Assembly (NCBI GenBank): GCA_038248345.1 | Contig: JBBRXO010000035.1 | Location: 1-23,754, forward strand | Length of the DNA: 23,754 nt | DNA from: Armatimonadota bacterium | GTDB taxonomy: Bacteria > Armatimonadota > Hebobacteria > CAIYQO01 | Direction: 5' to 3' | Shown here: one piece after another, positions 1-7,386 of the stretch | Position numbering within the stretch: position 1 is the first letter of the stretch | How the letters are laid out: every line of letters begins with the position of its first letter | The notes under the pieces: model-generated | What the model was told of the DNA's origin: nothing | Database searches by the model: none | What the model saw: the letters and a program-made list of their open reading frames with translations, nothing else | Made by a program: the position numbers and the translations under genes

Positions 1-1
1 G

Positions 2-256
2 GTAAAAAAGGCCCTCTATGAACGCGTAGGGGTGCGTGAATACTGGCTGGTACACCCAGACGAAAAATGGGTGAACATCTTCCTGCGTGACGATAAAGGC
101 AAGCTCGTTCAACAGAACACCTACGACGCCAATGACACGCCCGATGTGAGTATTTTACCCGGCCTGAAGATCGAGCTGGCGCTGGTGTTTGCTGATATCG
201 GTGAGATGGACGAGACGAATGAGAAAAAAGTGAAGGTGAACGGCCCGCTTACTTAA
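2..256 (+). CDS. Uma2/DUF820 family putative endonuclease, 5' end outside the window
   Basis: The frame is open from position 2: VKKALYERVGVREYWLVHP...SILPGLKIELALVF. This is the typical Uma2 C-terminal pattern (K..LY...GV.EYW.VxP ... LPGL.I.L..VF). Confidence 0.85.
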   Translation, partial: VKKALYERVGVREYWLVHPDEKWVNIFLRDDKGKLVQQNTYDANDTPDVSILPGLKIELALVFADIGEMDETNEKKVKVNGPLT

Positions 257-335
257 ACACCACTACCCCAGCCACCTTCATCACTGTAACCCTTGGTTGC
301 ACTATCGCCATCTTGAGTGCATAGACAATATTTCC

Positions 336-776
336 CTACTCGCTATCGCTAACGCAGCACGCCTCGTGCGGGTCTACTGGGGTCTCATTCAGGCCCACGC
401 CGGTGGTTTTGATCAGGTAGTCGTCGATGGCGCTGTGTACCGCTTGCTCGGCGAGCATGGAGCAGTGCATTTTGATGGGGGGCAGGCCGTCGAGGGCTTC
501 GGCTACTGCTTTGTTGGTCAGCGCCAATGCCTCGTTGATGTTCTTGCCGATGATCATCTCGGTGCTGATGCTGCTGGTGGCGATGGCGGCGCCGCAACCG
601 AAGGTCTGAAATTTTACATCGGTGATGATATCATCTTTCACCTTGATGTACATCTTCATTACATCGCCACAGACGGGGTTACCCACGGTGCCGATGCCGT
701 CAGCATCGGGCATTTCGCCCACGTTGCGCGGATTGGCGAAATGGTCCATAACCTTCGCACTATATTTCTCTGCCAT
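336..776 (-). CDS. iscU: Fe-S cluster assembly scaffold IscU/NifU
   Basis: Motifs YSAKVMDHFANPRNVG, GNPVCGD, FQTFGCGAAIA and LPPIKMHCS; the three scaffold Cys are present. RBS GAGG lies upstream of the ATG. Confidence 0.95.
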   Translation of the reverse strand: MAEKYSAKVMDHFANPRNVGEMPDADGIGTVGNPVCGDVMKMYIKVKDDIITDVKFQTFGCGAAIATSSISTEMIIGKNINEALALTNKAVAEALDGLPPIKMHCSMLAEQAVHSAIDDYLIKTTGVGLNETPVDPHEACCVSDSE

Positions 777-797
777 AATATACCTCGCTTTTTTTAC

Positions 798-1373
798 TTA
801 CGTTCGCGCTATTGGCGTCCCCAGCAATGCCATATGCGCTTCATTCACCACACACTCTTTGGTGTGGTCGGTGCCACAATGCAGGCAACAATCCTGCACC
901 GTGCGCTCGTCGCGCAGTGCCGCACGCAGCAGCTGCTCCAGCAGTGTCAGCAGCGTCTCCCGATCGTTCACCGGCAGGCATTGCAGGGCCTCCTCCAGCC
1001 GGGCCATGCGTGCGCACTGTATCTGCGCCAGCGCATCCGTCCCGGTGGCGGTCACCGTCAATATCACCAATCGCCGGTCGACGCCACTCTCGTGGCGGTC
1101 TACCAGCTCCATGCGCACCAGCCGATCAGCGAGCCGGGTGGCGGACGGGATGCTGATATGCAGCCCCTCAGCCAGCGCCTTCACCGAACAGCCGTTGTGC
1201 CGCTGCAGGAAGATGAGCGCTTCCAACTGCGACGACGTCATATCCCCCCCGGTCACCTCATCCAACAGGCGACTGGTGAGCACGGTGGCGGAATACGACA
1301 GCAACAGCTCGACACACTGATCCAGCCGCCCCTGCGATATCCCGTCCTGCAAATTTTTCGTCGTCATGTTCAT
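798..1373 (-). CDS. MarR-family winged-helix regulator with Cys-rich C-terminal extension
   Basis: Winged HTH segment SVKALAEGLHISIPSATRLADRLVRMELVDR...DRRLVILTVTATG; C-terminal CCLHCGTDHTKEC. The start may be 1373 or 1367. Confidence 0.9.
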   Translation of the reverse strand: MNMTTKNLQDGISQGRLDQCVELLLSYSATVLTSRLLDEVTGGDMTSSQLEALIFLQRHNGCSVKALAEGLHISIPSATRLADRLVRMELVDRHESGVDRRLVILTVTATGTDALAQIQCARMARLEEALQCLPVNDRETLLTLLEQLLRAALRDERTVQDCCLHCGTDHTKECVVNEAHMALLGTPIART

Positions 1374-1414
1374 TACCTATGCTAATTATTACCTAATGAT
1401 TACCCGCATGTCAA
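1372..1414 (-). promoter_or_regulatory. Putative sigma70 promoter and operator of the marR-iscU operon
   Basis: Minus strand TTGACA (1414-1409), 18-bp spacer, AATAAT (1390-1385). An imperfect palindrome ATTACC-TAT-GCTAAT (1372-1386) and three ATTACC direct repeats overlap it. Confidence 0.55.
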
Positions 1415-1478
1415 GGTGGGGAAACCTGCGCAAATATCCCGGCAGGAATGACGCCGTCGTTCGTCGAAGTTATAACAC

Positions 1479-2468
1479 ATGAATCACCATACACTTGATC
1501 CGAAAGAAACTGTTAATACCGGACGCGATATTCTGCTACAGGAAGCGCAGGCTATCTTGGCAATGGCGAACCGGCTGGGCACGGAGTTTGAGAGCGCTGT
1601 CGAGCTACTGCTGAACTGCAGCGGACGCGTGGTTGTCACTGGCATGGGCAAATCCGGTGCAGTGGCGCGCAAGATCGCCGGTACATTGGCCTCCACCGGC
1701 TCGCCCGCCCTTTTTCTTCATCCGGCTGAGGGAGTACACGGCGACCTGGGGATGGTTACTACTGGCGATGTGCTGGTGGCGCTGTCGAATAGCGGTAATA
1801 CCGAAGAGCTAAACGCTATCCTCCCCGCTATCGCCCGGATCAATGTGCCGATTATTGCTCTCACTGGTGGCCGCGAAAGTCAATTAGCGCGCGCCGCCAC
1901 CGTGGTGCTGGATACTTATATTGAGCGCGAGGTATGCCCATTCAACCTCGCGCCCACCACCTCCACTACCGCTCAGATCTCCATGGGCGATGCGCTGGCT
2001 ATCACTACCATGTTGCGGCGCAAATTCACTAAACACGACTACGCCAAGCTACACCCGCGGGGCGCGTTGGGCCGCCGCCTGCTGTTAATTGTAGGCGATG
2101 TCATGCGCACCGGGGAGAATCTGGCGGCCGTGCCCGCTGATATGATGCTGAAGGAAGTCCTTTTCGCCATCACTGCCGCCCACGCCGGCTCCGCCGTGGT
2201 GGTAGATGCCAATAATCACCTCCTCGGCCTCATCACCGACGGCGACCTGCGCCGCGCACTGCTGCAGGACGAGGACGCGCTGAAGAACCCCTGCAGCAAA
2301 TATATGACCCGCATCCCGCGTACCGTCACCCCCGAGCGCCTGGCCGCCGAGACCCTGCCGATAATGCAAGGCCCCCCGCAGATCGGCGAAATGCCCGTGC
2401 TGGATGCCGATGGCGTCGTGGTGGGGATGATCAACTTAAAAGACCTGCTGGAGGCGGGAATAGTTTAG
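1479..2468 (+). CDS. kdsD: Arabinose-5-phosphate isomerase, KpsF/GutQ/KdsD family (SIS plus two CBS domains)
   Basis: Motifs VVVTGMGKSG, ASTGSPA.FLHPAEGVHGDLG, LAPTTST, HPRGALG and CBS motif GLITDGDLRR. Confidence 0.93.
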   Translation: MNHHTLDPKETVNTGRDILLQEAQAILAMANRLGTEFESAVELLLNCSGRVVVTGMGKSGAVARKIAGTLASTGSPALFLHPAEGVHGDLGMVTTGDVLVALSNSGNTEELNAILPAIARINVPIIALTGGRESQLARAATVVLDTYIEREVCPFNLAPTTSTTAQISMGDALAITTMLRRKFTKHDYAKLHPRGALGRRLLLIVGDVMRTGENLAAVPADMMLKEVLFAITAAHAGSAVVVDANNHLLGLITDGDLRRALLQDEDALKNPCSKYMTRIPRTVTPERLAAETLPIMQGPPQIGEMPVLDADGVVVGMINLKDLLEAGIV

Positions 2469-2492
2469 TAGGGGCACAAGGCTTGTGCCCAC
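2468..2492. repeat. GTAG-type REP palindrome, family A, singlet
   Basis: GTAGGGGCACAAGGCTTGTGCCCAC, identical to the copies at 6155 and 23669; stem GGGCACAAG/CTTGTGCCC. Confidence 0.85.
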
Positions 2493-2530
2493 GTCGTGGC
2501 GGGGGACGGGCCAATGCGGAGATTGGCGTT

Positions 2531-2616
2531 TGTAGCCCGCGCCCGCCGTGGCGCTCTTGTATGCACATACCGTGCCACGGCATTACGAATACGCGCCACG
2601 GCGGGCGCGGGCTACA
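2531..2616. repeat. 86-bp element with perfect 24-bp terminal inverted repeats (GTAG-type REP doublet)
   Basis: TGTAGCCCGCGCCCGCCGTGGCGC (2531-2554) and its exact reverse complement (2593-2616). Confidence 0.8.
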
Positions 2617-2649
2617 GAGCTACGGGGTAGGGGCAGGCGGCCAAATCGG

Positions 2650-2819
2650 GGACTGTCCTCGCGCACAATTTCCGGTATAATCGTGATTTATACCCGCCAT
2701 AGTTAGTCTCATTTTCCGGCCGGGTGGGACAGTCCCAACCGGATACCAGGCACGAAAACAGGTGCAACTATGGAAGGCCGGGCTATTGATATACCGGGTG
2801 CTGTGCGCGAGGACAGTCC
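2650..2819. repeat. 170-bp MITE/REP-like element with terminal inverted repeats
   Basis: GGACTGTCCTCGCGCACA-N4-CCGGTATA (2650-2679) mirrors TATACCGG-N4-TGTGCGCGAGGACAGTCC (2790-2819). Central palindrome TGGGACAGTCCCA at 2725-2737. Confidence 0.75.
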
Positions 2820-2845
2820 TCAATTGATGCCGCTGCGGTCACCAC

Positions 2846-4315
2846 TTATTTACTCTTCTCTTCCCCATCCTCTTCTACTACTTCCGCAACATCGGCTGGC
2901 GCTATGGGTTCCTCCTCGTCCAGATCAAAGGGGGCGGGGGCGAGGAACTCCAGGGGTTCTTTTTCTACTTCCGCTATCGGGGCTTCCGGTACCTCGGGGA
3001 TACTTTCACCTTGATGGTTTTGCCGTTGTAGGCCTCGGAGACCTTCCCGTGCGCTTAAGTTCTGGTCGTCGAGGATATTGGGAGCGTCATTGGTGGGCAC
3101 CGGGGCCTCCTCGACAGGCATCTCCACTGGCTCCTCAGGGACAAATTCCAGCACGCCGCCTTTTTTCTGCAGTAGTGCGGTGACGGTTTTGTGTTCGTTT
3201 TGGGTGGCTAGCGCCAGCGGGGTCTCGCCGCTGATGTTAAGTGGGTTCACCTCGGCGCCGCTCTTCAGCAGCATCTCTACTACCTCTTTTTTGCCCTCGG
3301 CTGCGGCGCAATGTAGCGGAGTGGTGTTGCCACTACCGGCTTTGTTGACGTCCGCCCCCGCTTTGATGAGGAGCGGCACTACCGTGGATGCCCCCACACG
3401 GGCGGCCCAATGCAGTGGTGTCTGGGCGTAATAATCTACCGCATTGACATTGGCGCCGCCGGCCAGCAACGCCGTGACGACATCCTTGTACCCCTGGCGC
3501 GCCGCATGGAAGAGCGCGGTTGCTCCCTGAGTATCGGCAGCATCGACGTCTACCCCCGGCTGGTTGAGGATGAGGGTGACAATCTTCGCCTGCCCGTTAT
3601 CGGCGGCAAAATGCAACGGGGTGAGGGCGTCGGGGTCGGGAGTGATGACGTCGGTACCATTTTTAAGCAGGAAGTCGGCCAACGCCACACTCTTTTTCAT
3701 GATGGCCACGTACAGTGCAGAACGCCCTACAGTGTCGTGAATATTAACCTCGGCGCCCCGGCTCACCAGCAGGGATACGAGCTTGGTCGTGCCTTTTTCC
3801 ACTGCCAGATGCAGCGGTGTATCACCATTGGGATCGCCGATATTGATCTCCGCCCCCGCATCGAGTAACGCTGTGACAATCTTTTCATTGCCTTTGTTCA
3901 CGGCCAGATGCAACATGGATAGGTAGGCGTCGTCGCGCGTATTGGCCAGCGCGGGGTCTTCCGCTAGCGCCTTGTTCACCTTGGGGGCGGCTCCGCTCTG
4001 CACCAGCTTGATGAACGCAGGATCACCCGGCATCAGGGTATCGGCATGGATGGCCTGGGGGAACTCCGGCGACTTCACCACCGAGGCTAGGTTTTGCGGC
4101 AACACATACGCAGCCGCTGGCTCGATATTAGCGGGCGTGCCCTGTTGGGCTAACTCATATTGATCGACTAGTTCCACGGGGCGCGCGACGACCTTCACGT
4201 CTTTATCTCGGCCCAAACGCTTCAGGGCGCTATTGCGCCAGATGTCGGTCTCCCCGCAGCGGGTACAACGCGCCAGGAAGACATCCACATCACTATCACA
4301 ATTAGGGCACTTCAT
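2846..4315 (-). CDS. Ankyrin-repeat protein with N-terminal zinc ribbon and acidic C-terminal tail
   Basis: About eight ankyrin repeats (TPLHLA, TALFHAA, TPLHWAA, TPLHCAA, TPLALA); N-terminal CPNC...CTRC. Start set at 4315 from RBS GAGGA and alignment with the paralogue. Confidence 0.9.
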   Translation of the reverse strand: MKCPNCDSDVDVFLARCTRCGETDIWRNSALKRLGRDKDVKVVARPVELVDQYELAQQGTPANIEPAAAYVLPQNLASVVKSPEFPQAIHADTLMPGDPAFIKLVQSGAAPKVNKALAEDPALANTRDDAYLSMLHLAVNKGNEKIVTALLDAGAEINIGDPNGDTPLHLAVEKGTTKLVSLLVSRGAEVNIHDTVGRSALYVAIMKKSVALADFLLKNGTDVITPDPDALTPLHFAADNGQAKIVTLILNQPGVDVDAADTQGATALFHAARQGYKDVVTALLAGGANVNAVDYYAQTPLHWAARVGASTVVPLLIKAGADVNKAGSGNTTPLHCAAAEGKKEVVEMLLKSGAEVNPLNISGETPLALATQNEHKTVTALLQKKGGVLEFVPEEPVEMPVEEAPVPTNDAPNILDDQNLSAREGLRGLQRQNHQGESIPEVPEAPIAEVEKEPLEFLAPAPFDLDEEEPIAPADVAEVVEEDGEEKSK

Positions 4316-4398
4316 CTCAATATTCCTCAAACAATTGCCGGATGGAGCTATTTTACAGTGTATATATTCTGCTTTAGCTGTGCAATGTCCTTTTGCGG

Positions 4399-5208
4399 TT
4401 ACGAGCGCGAAACCATGCTGGCGCCTTTATTTACGAGTAATTTGATCACATTAGCATGCCCATTTTCTGCCGCGTGGAAGAGCGCCGAGGCATTATGCGA
4501 ATCAAGGGCATTCACGTCTGTCCCCGGATGTTCCACCAGCAGCGTGGCGATTTTAAGCTGCCCTTTGCCAGCGGCCAGATGCAACGGGGTGAGACCATCG
4601 TTATTGTTAATATTCACCGCGGCGCCGCGCGACAAGAGCAGGCTGACGAGCTTGTCCGCGCCTTTCTTCACCGCCAGATGCAACGGGGTATCGCCGATAG
4701 AGTCGCCGATGTTGATCTCCGCCCCGGAGTCCAGCAGCACCGTGATGACCTTGTCTTTGCCCTTTTGCACGGCGATATGCAGCATCGTCTCGGACTCTTC
4801 GTCGCGGGTGTTGGCCAGCGTCGAGTTATCCGTGAGCAGGGCCGCAATCTTGTCAGCGGCCCCCTTCTGCACTACCTTAAGGAACTCGGGGGTGGCCAGC
4901 GCCAGCGTAGTTGCTGGGACAGCGCGGGTGATATCCGGTGCGTGAATCTCGAACGGTAAAGTCGGAGCGGTCGGGTTTTCTGCTCCAGCGTAGACACTGT
5001 CCGGCGCTGGCTCGGTCGGCTTTGAAGTCGTTATTTCGAGTTCTGCAAAACGATCAACCAGGTTCATTGGCCGATTTGACGACAGGTGCACATCCTTCAC
5101 CCGCCCCACGCGGAGCAGTGCAGCATTGCGCCAGATATCGGGCTCACCGCAACTGGTACAGCGCTTCAGGAAAGCATCCACATCACTATTACAATTCGGG
5201 CACTTCAT
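4399..5208 (-). CDS. Ankyrin-repeat protein with N-terminal zinc ribbon (shorter paralogue)
   Basis: MKCPNC...CTSC N-terminus, about four ankyrin repeats, RBS GAGGA; clearly homologous to 2846-4315. Confidence 0.9.
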   Translation of the reverse strand: MKCPNCNSDVDAFLKRCTSCGEPDIWRNAALLRVGRVKDVHLSSNRPMNLVDRFAELEITTSKPTEPAPDSVYAGAENPTAPTLPFEIHAPDITRAVPATTLALATPEFLKVVQKGAADKIAALLTDNSTLANTRDEESETMLHIAVQKGKDKVITVLLDSGAEINIGDSIGDTPLHLAVKKGADKLVSLLLSRGAAVNINNNDGLTPLHLAAGKGQLKIATLLVEHPGTDVNALDSHNASALFHAAENGHANVIKLLVNKGASMVSRS

Positions 5209-5288
5209 CGTTAATCCTCAATCCACTGACCACACCTGACATCCATTATTATTAACGTTCCACTTTTTCGCTTGATTTCCTTTTTTGA

Positions 5289-5313
5289 TAAAGGCCTGGG
5301 GCGGTGCCCCAGG
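5289..5313 (-). terminator. Hairpin downstream of the hydrolase gene (weak terminator or REP-like palindrome)
   Basis: CCTGGGGC-GGT-GCCCCAGG (5295-5313); on the minus strand it is followed by CC and a short T run. Confidence 0.5.
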
Positions 5314-5328
5314 GATAAAAACGGGGAT

Positions 5329-6123
5329 CTACCCCCGTACCTTCGCCCCCGCTTTTTCTCCCTGCCGTAAAAACGCCAGTATCGCTAGCGCGACCCCTTC
5401 ATCTTCCACTATCTCCCAGTGGTTTACCGGGAAGTCGTGGTGCTCCAGCGGGAGTTCCGGCGGTAGCTCCAGGCTGCTCCAGCGGCCTACCACATTGTCG
5501 TTGGGGTATCCCTCCAGCGCGTTGTTGCCCTTGCGTCCGGTGAGCAGCAGGTGGCGCACCTCTGGCCGGGGCGGGTAGGGGGTGTTGAAACGTTTATCAA
5601 ATCCGGCGGAGCGGAGCCAGTGTACCGGCAACAGATTGTAGCAGTTCACCCCGCCGTTGGGGGTGCCGGTCATGATCAGGCTGCGTACGTTGCCTGCGCC
5701 GGGCAGGTGCATATAGCAGCGGGCGACTAACCCCCCGGCACTGTGCCCCATGATATGAATATCGCGCTCGCCCACGCCGTATTGCTGCAGAAATGCCACC
5801 ACTTCATGGGCGTTATCCTCCGGCACCATGCCCATCCCCGGGTCCATCGCCAGCCAGGCGAAGTCATACTGCGCGCCGATCTCCGGCTGCAGCCGCTGGT
5901 AAAGCCAGTAGAAGTTGCGTGTTGACCCGCCGTAGCCGTGCAGAAAGAGGAAGAGCGGCTTGCCAGTGCTGGCGGGCAGCGGTGGCATCGGATGCTTCCC
6001 AGTGAAATACCGTGACACCTGCCGCGCGAAGAAGTCGATAATCACGCGGATAGGGGTGACTACGGTGAAACGCTTCTTATCGTTTTTCAATAGTTCCGTT
6101 CCTTTTGCCAGGTATTGATTCAT
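5329..6123 (-). CDS. Alpha/beta-fold hydrolase (lipase/esterase-like)
   Basis: Oxyanion motif FLHGYGG, nucleophile elbow GHSAGG, GTPNGG, candidate Asp in NDNVV and His in VNHW. Confidence 0.85.
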   Translation of the reverse strand: MNQYLAKGTELLKNDKKRFTVVTPIRVIIDFFARQVSRYFTGKHPMPPLPASTGKPLFLFLHGYGGSTRNFYWLYQRLQPEIGAQYDFAWLAMDPGMGMVPEDNAHEVVAFLQQYGVGERDIHIMGHSAGGLVARCYMHLPGAGNVRSLIMTGTPNGGVNCYNLLPVHWLRSAGFDKRFNTPYPPRPEVRHLLLTGRKGNNALEGYPNDNVVGRWSSLELPPELPLEHHDFPVNHWEIVEDEGVALAILAFLRQGEKAGAKVRG

Positions 6124-6154
6124 TCCAAACGTGGGCCTCGCTCACAACCCAATT

Positions 6155-6251
6155 GTAGGGGCACAAGGCTTGTGCCCACGTCGTAACTATCCTATTCAAT
6201 TGGTTATGTCTCTTATACTACGTATCGAGGGCACATGCCATGTGCCCCTAC
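6155..6251. repeat. REPIN-like doublet, family A (97 bp)
   Basis: GTAGGGGCACAAGGCTTGTGCCCAC (6155-6179) and the inverted variant GAGGGCACATGCCATGTGCCCCTAC (6227-6251). Confidence 0.85.
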
Positions 6252-6412
6252 AAAAATCTATACAGGTTGAGATAATAGTTAAACAGCATTATTACGCTGG
6301 GACTGAAGTCCCGGCTGCGTGGCGCTACGCGCCGGTCGTCCGCCCGAAGGTTGTCCGTGTTAGCGGACGATTGTCATTTGAAATGCCTAGAACTATTATA
6401 CCACATACCCCT

Positions 6413-7306
6413 TCATCTTACCGGCTTCCGATTGCGGAAGATCAGACAATAGTGGTGGTGATAGTTGGGGACGAATATGTGGGGGTAGCCCCAGATGCCC
6501 AGCGGTTTGCTGTTCTGTATCCAGATTTTCTCCCCCTGGAAGAGCAGGTCGTCCTTCAGTGCGCGGGTTAAATCCCAGGCCAGCGGGATCACTTCGCCAT
6601 CGGGGGCGCGGTAGTTCTGGATGACTACCACCAGGTAGGCGTCCGGCTTGAGCGTGCGCGCCACCCCGCGATAGATATCCGCCAGCTCACTGATGAAGGT
6701 GTCATGGTCGTGGATATTGCCCAGGTCATGCGGGTCTTTCTCGCTGTACACCGTATCCAGCCCCTCTTTGGCGGCGCGCTGCTTTTGCTTTGAGTTCACC
6801 TGCCCGCGGCTGGTGTGCAGCATGGCCCCGTAGGGGGGCGAGGAGATGGAGAAATCGAACTGCGGCAGCCCCTCCTCGGTGAAGGACAGCCCCTCCGCCG
6901 CCAGTTTTTCCAGTTGAGGTGCCCAGTACTCCGGTGTCGATAGAGCACGTGAGTCCCCCTGCAGCGCGTATTGCGGCGGCATCATCAGCGCCAGCCGCAT
7001 TTGCATCACCTCGGTGTACTTCGGCGATAACTCTACCCCCACCCCACGTCGCTCCTGTTCCGAGCAAGAGACCAGCGTGGCCCCCGACCCGGCGAAGGGA
7101 TCGAGCGCCCAGCCGCCCGCCTTGGTGAAGAACTTCAGAAACTCCGCCACCATCTCCTCCGGGTAACGCGCCGGATGCAATTCCGTATTCTTGTTCTTAT
7201 GATACCGGTGCGAGTCGCACTGAAACCAGGTGCGGGTGAAGATAATCCACTCTTTGCCGGTGAGGTCGTTGAGGGTGTTAATCTTTTTCTTCTTTTCTGT
7301 TTCCAT
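6413..7306 (-). CDS. Orphan SAM-dependent amino-methyltransferase (N4/N6 DNA methylase-like, motif I before motif IV)
   Basis: HPARYP, LDPFAGSGAT (motif I), GVELS, then SSPPY (motif IV). Confidence 0.8.
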   Translation of the reverse strand: METEKKKKINTLNDLTGKEWIIFTRTWFQCDSHRYHKNKNTELHPARYPEEMVAEFLKFFTKAGGWALDPFAGSGATLVSCSEQERRGVGVELSPKYTEVMQMRLALMMPPQYALQGDSRALSTPEYWAPQLEKLAAEGLSFTEEGLPQFDFSISSPPYGAMLHTSRGQVNSKQKQRAAKEGLDTVYSEKDPHDLGNIHDHDTFISELADIYRGVARTLKPDAYLVVVIQNYRAPDGEVIPLAWDLTRALKDDLLFQGEKIWIQNSKPLGIWGYPHIFVPNYHHHYCLIFRNRKPVR

Positions 7307-7312
7307 CACTGG

Positions 7313-7341
7313 AGTATAACGGAATAGCGGAGGATGTTCAA
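7313..7341 (-). promoter_or_regulatory. Sigma70-like promoter, leaderless start of the methyltransferase
   Basis: Minus strand TTGAAC-N17-TATACT, then 6 nt to the ATG at 7306; no Shine-Dalgarno. Confidence 0.6.
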
Positions 7342-7344
7342 ATT

Positions 7345-7386
7345 AATTACGAATTACGAATTACGGGGGGCTCGTAATTCGTAATT
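7345..7386. repeat. Heptamer (AATTACG) tandem and inverted repeat
   Basis: (AATTACG)x3, GGGGCT, then (CGTAATT)x2; overlaps the last codons of miaA. Confidence 0.8.

Noticed and set aside
297..1385. 362-aa plus-strand ORF and other overlapping ORFs
   Set aside because: Antisense shadows of iscU and marR in GC-rich DNA, with no recognisable motifs.
2483..2823. Small ORFs in the kdsD-ankyrin gap, and similarly 6131-6571 and 11131-11388
   Set aside because: They run through palindromic repeats, lack a convincing RBS and show no protein-like features.
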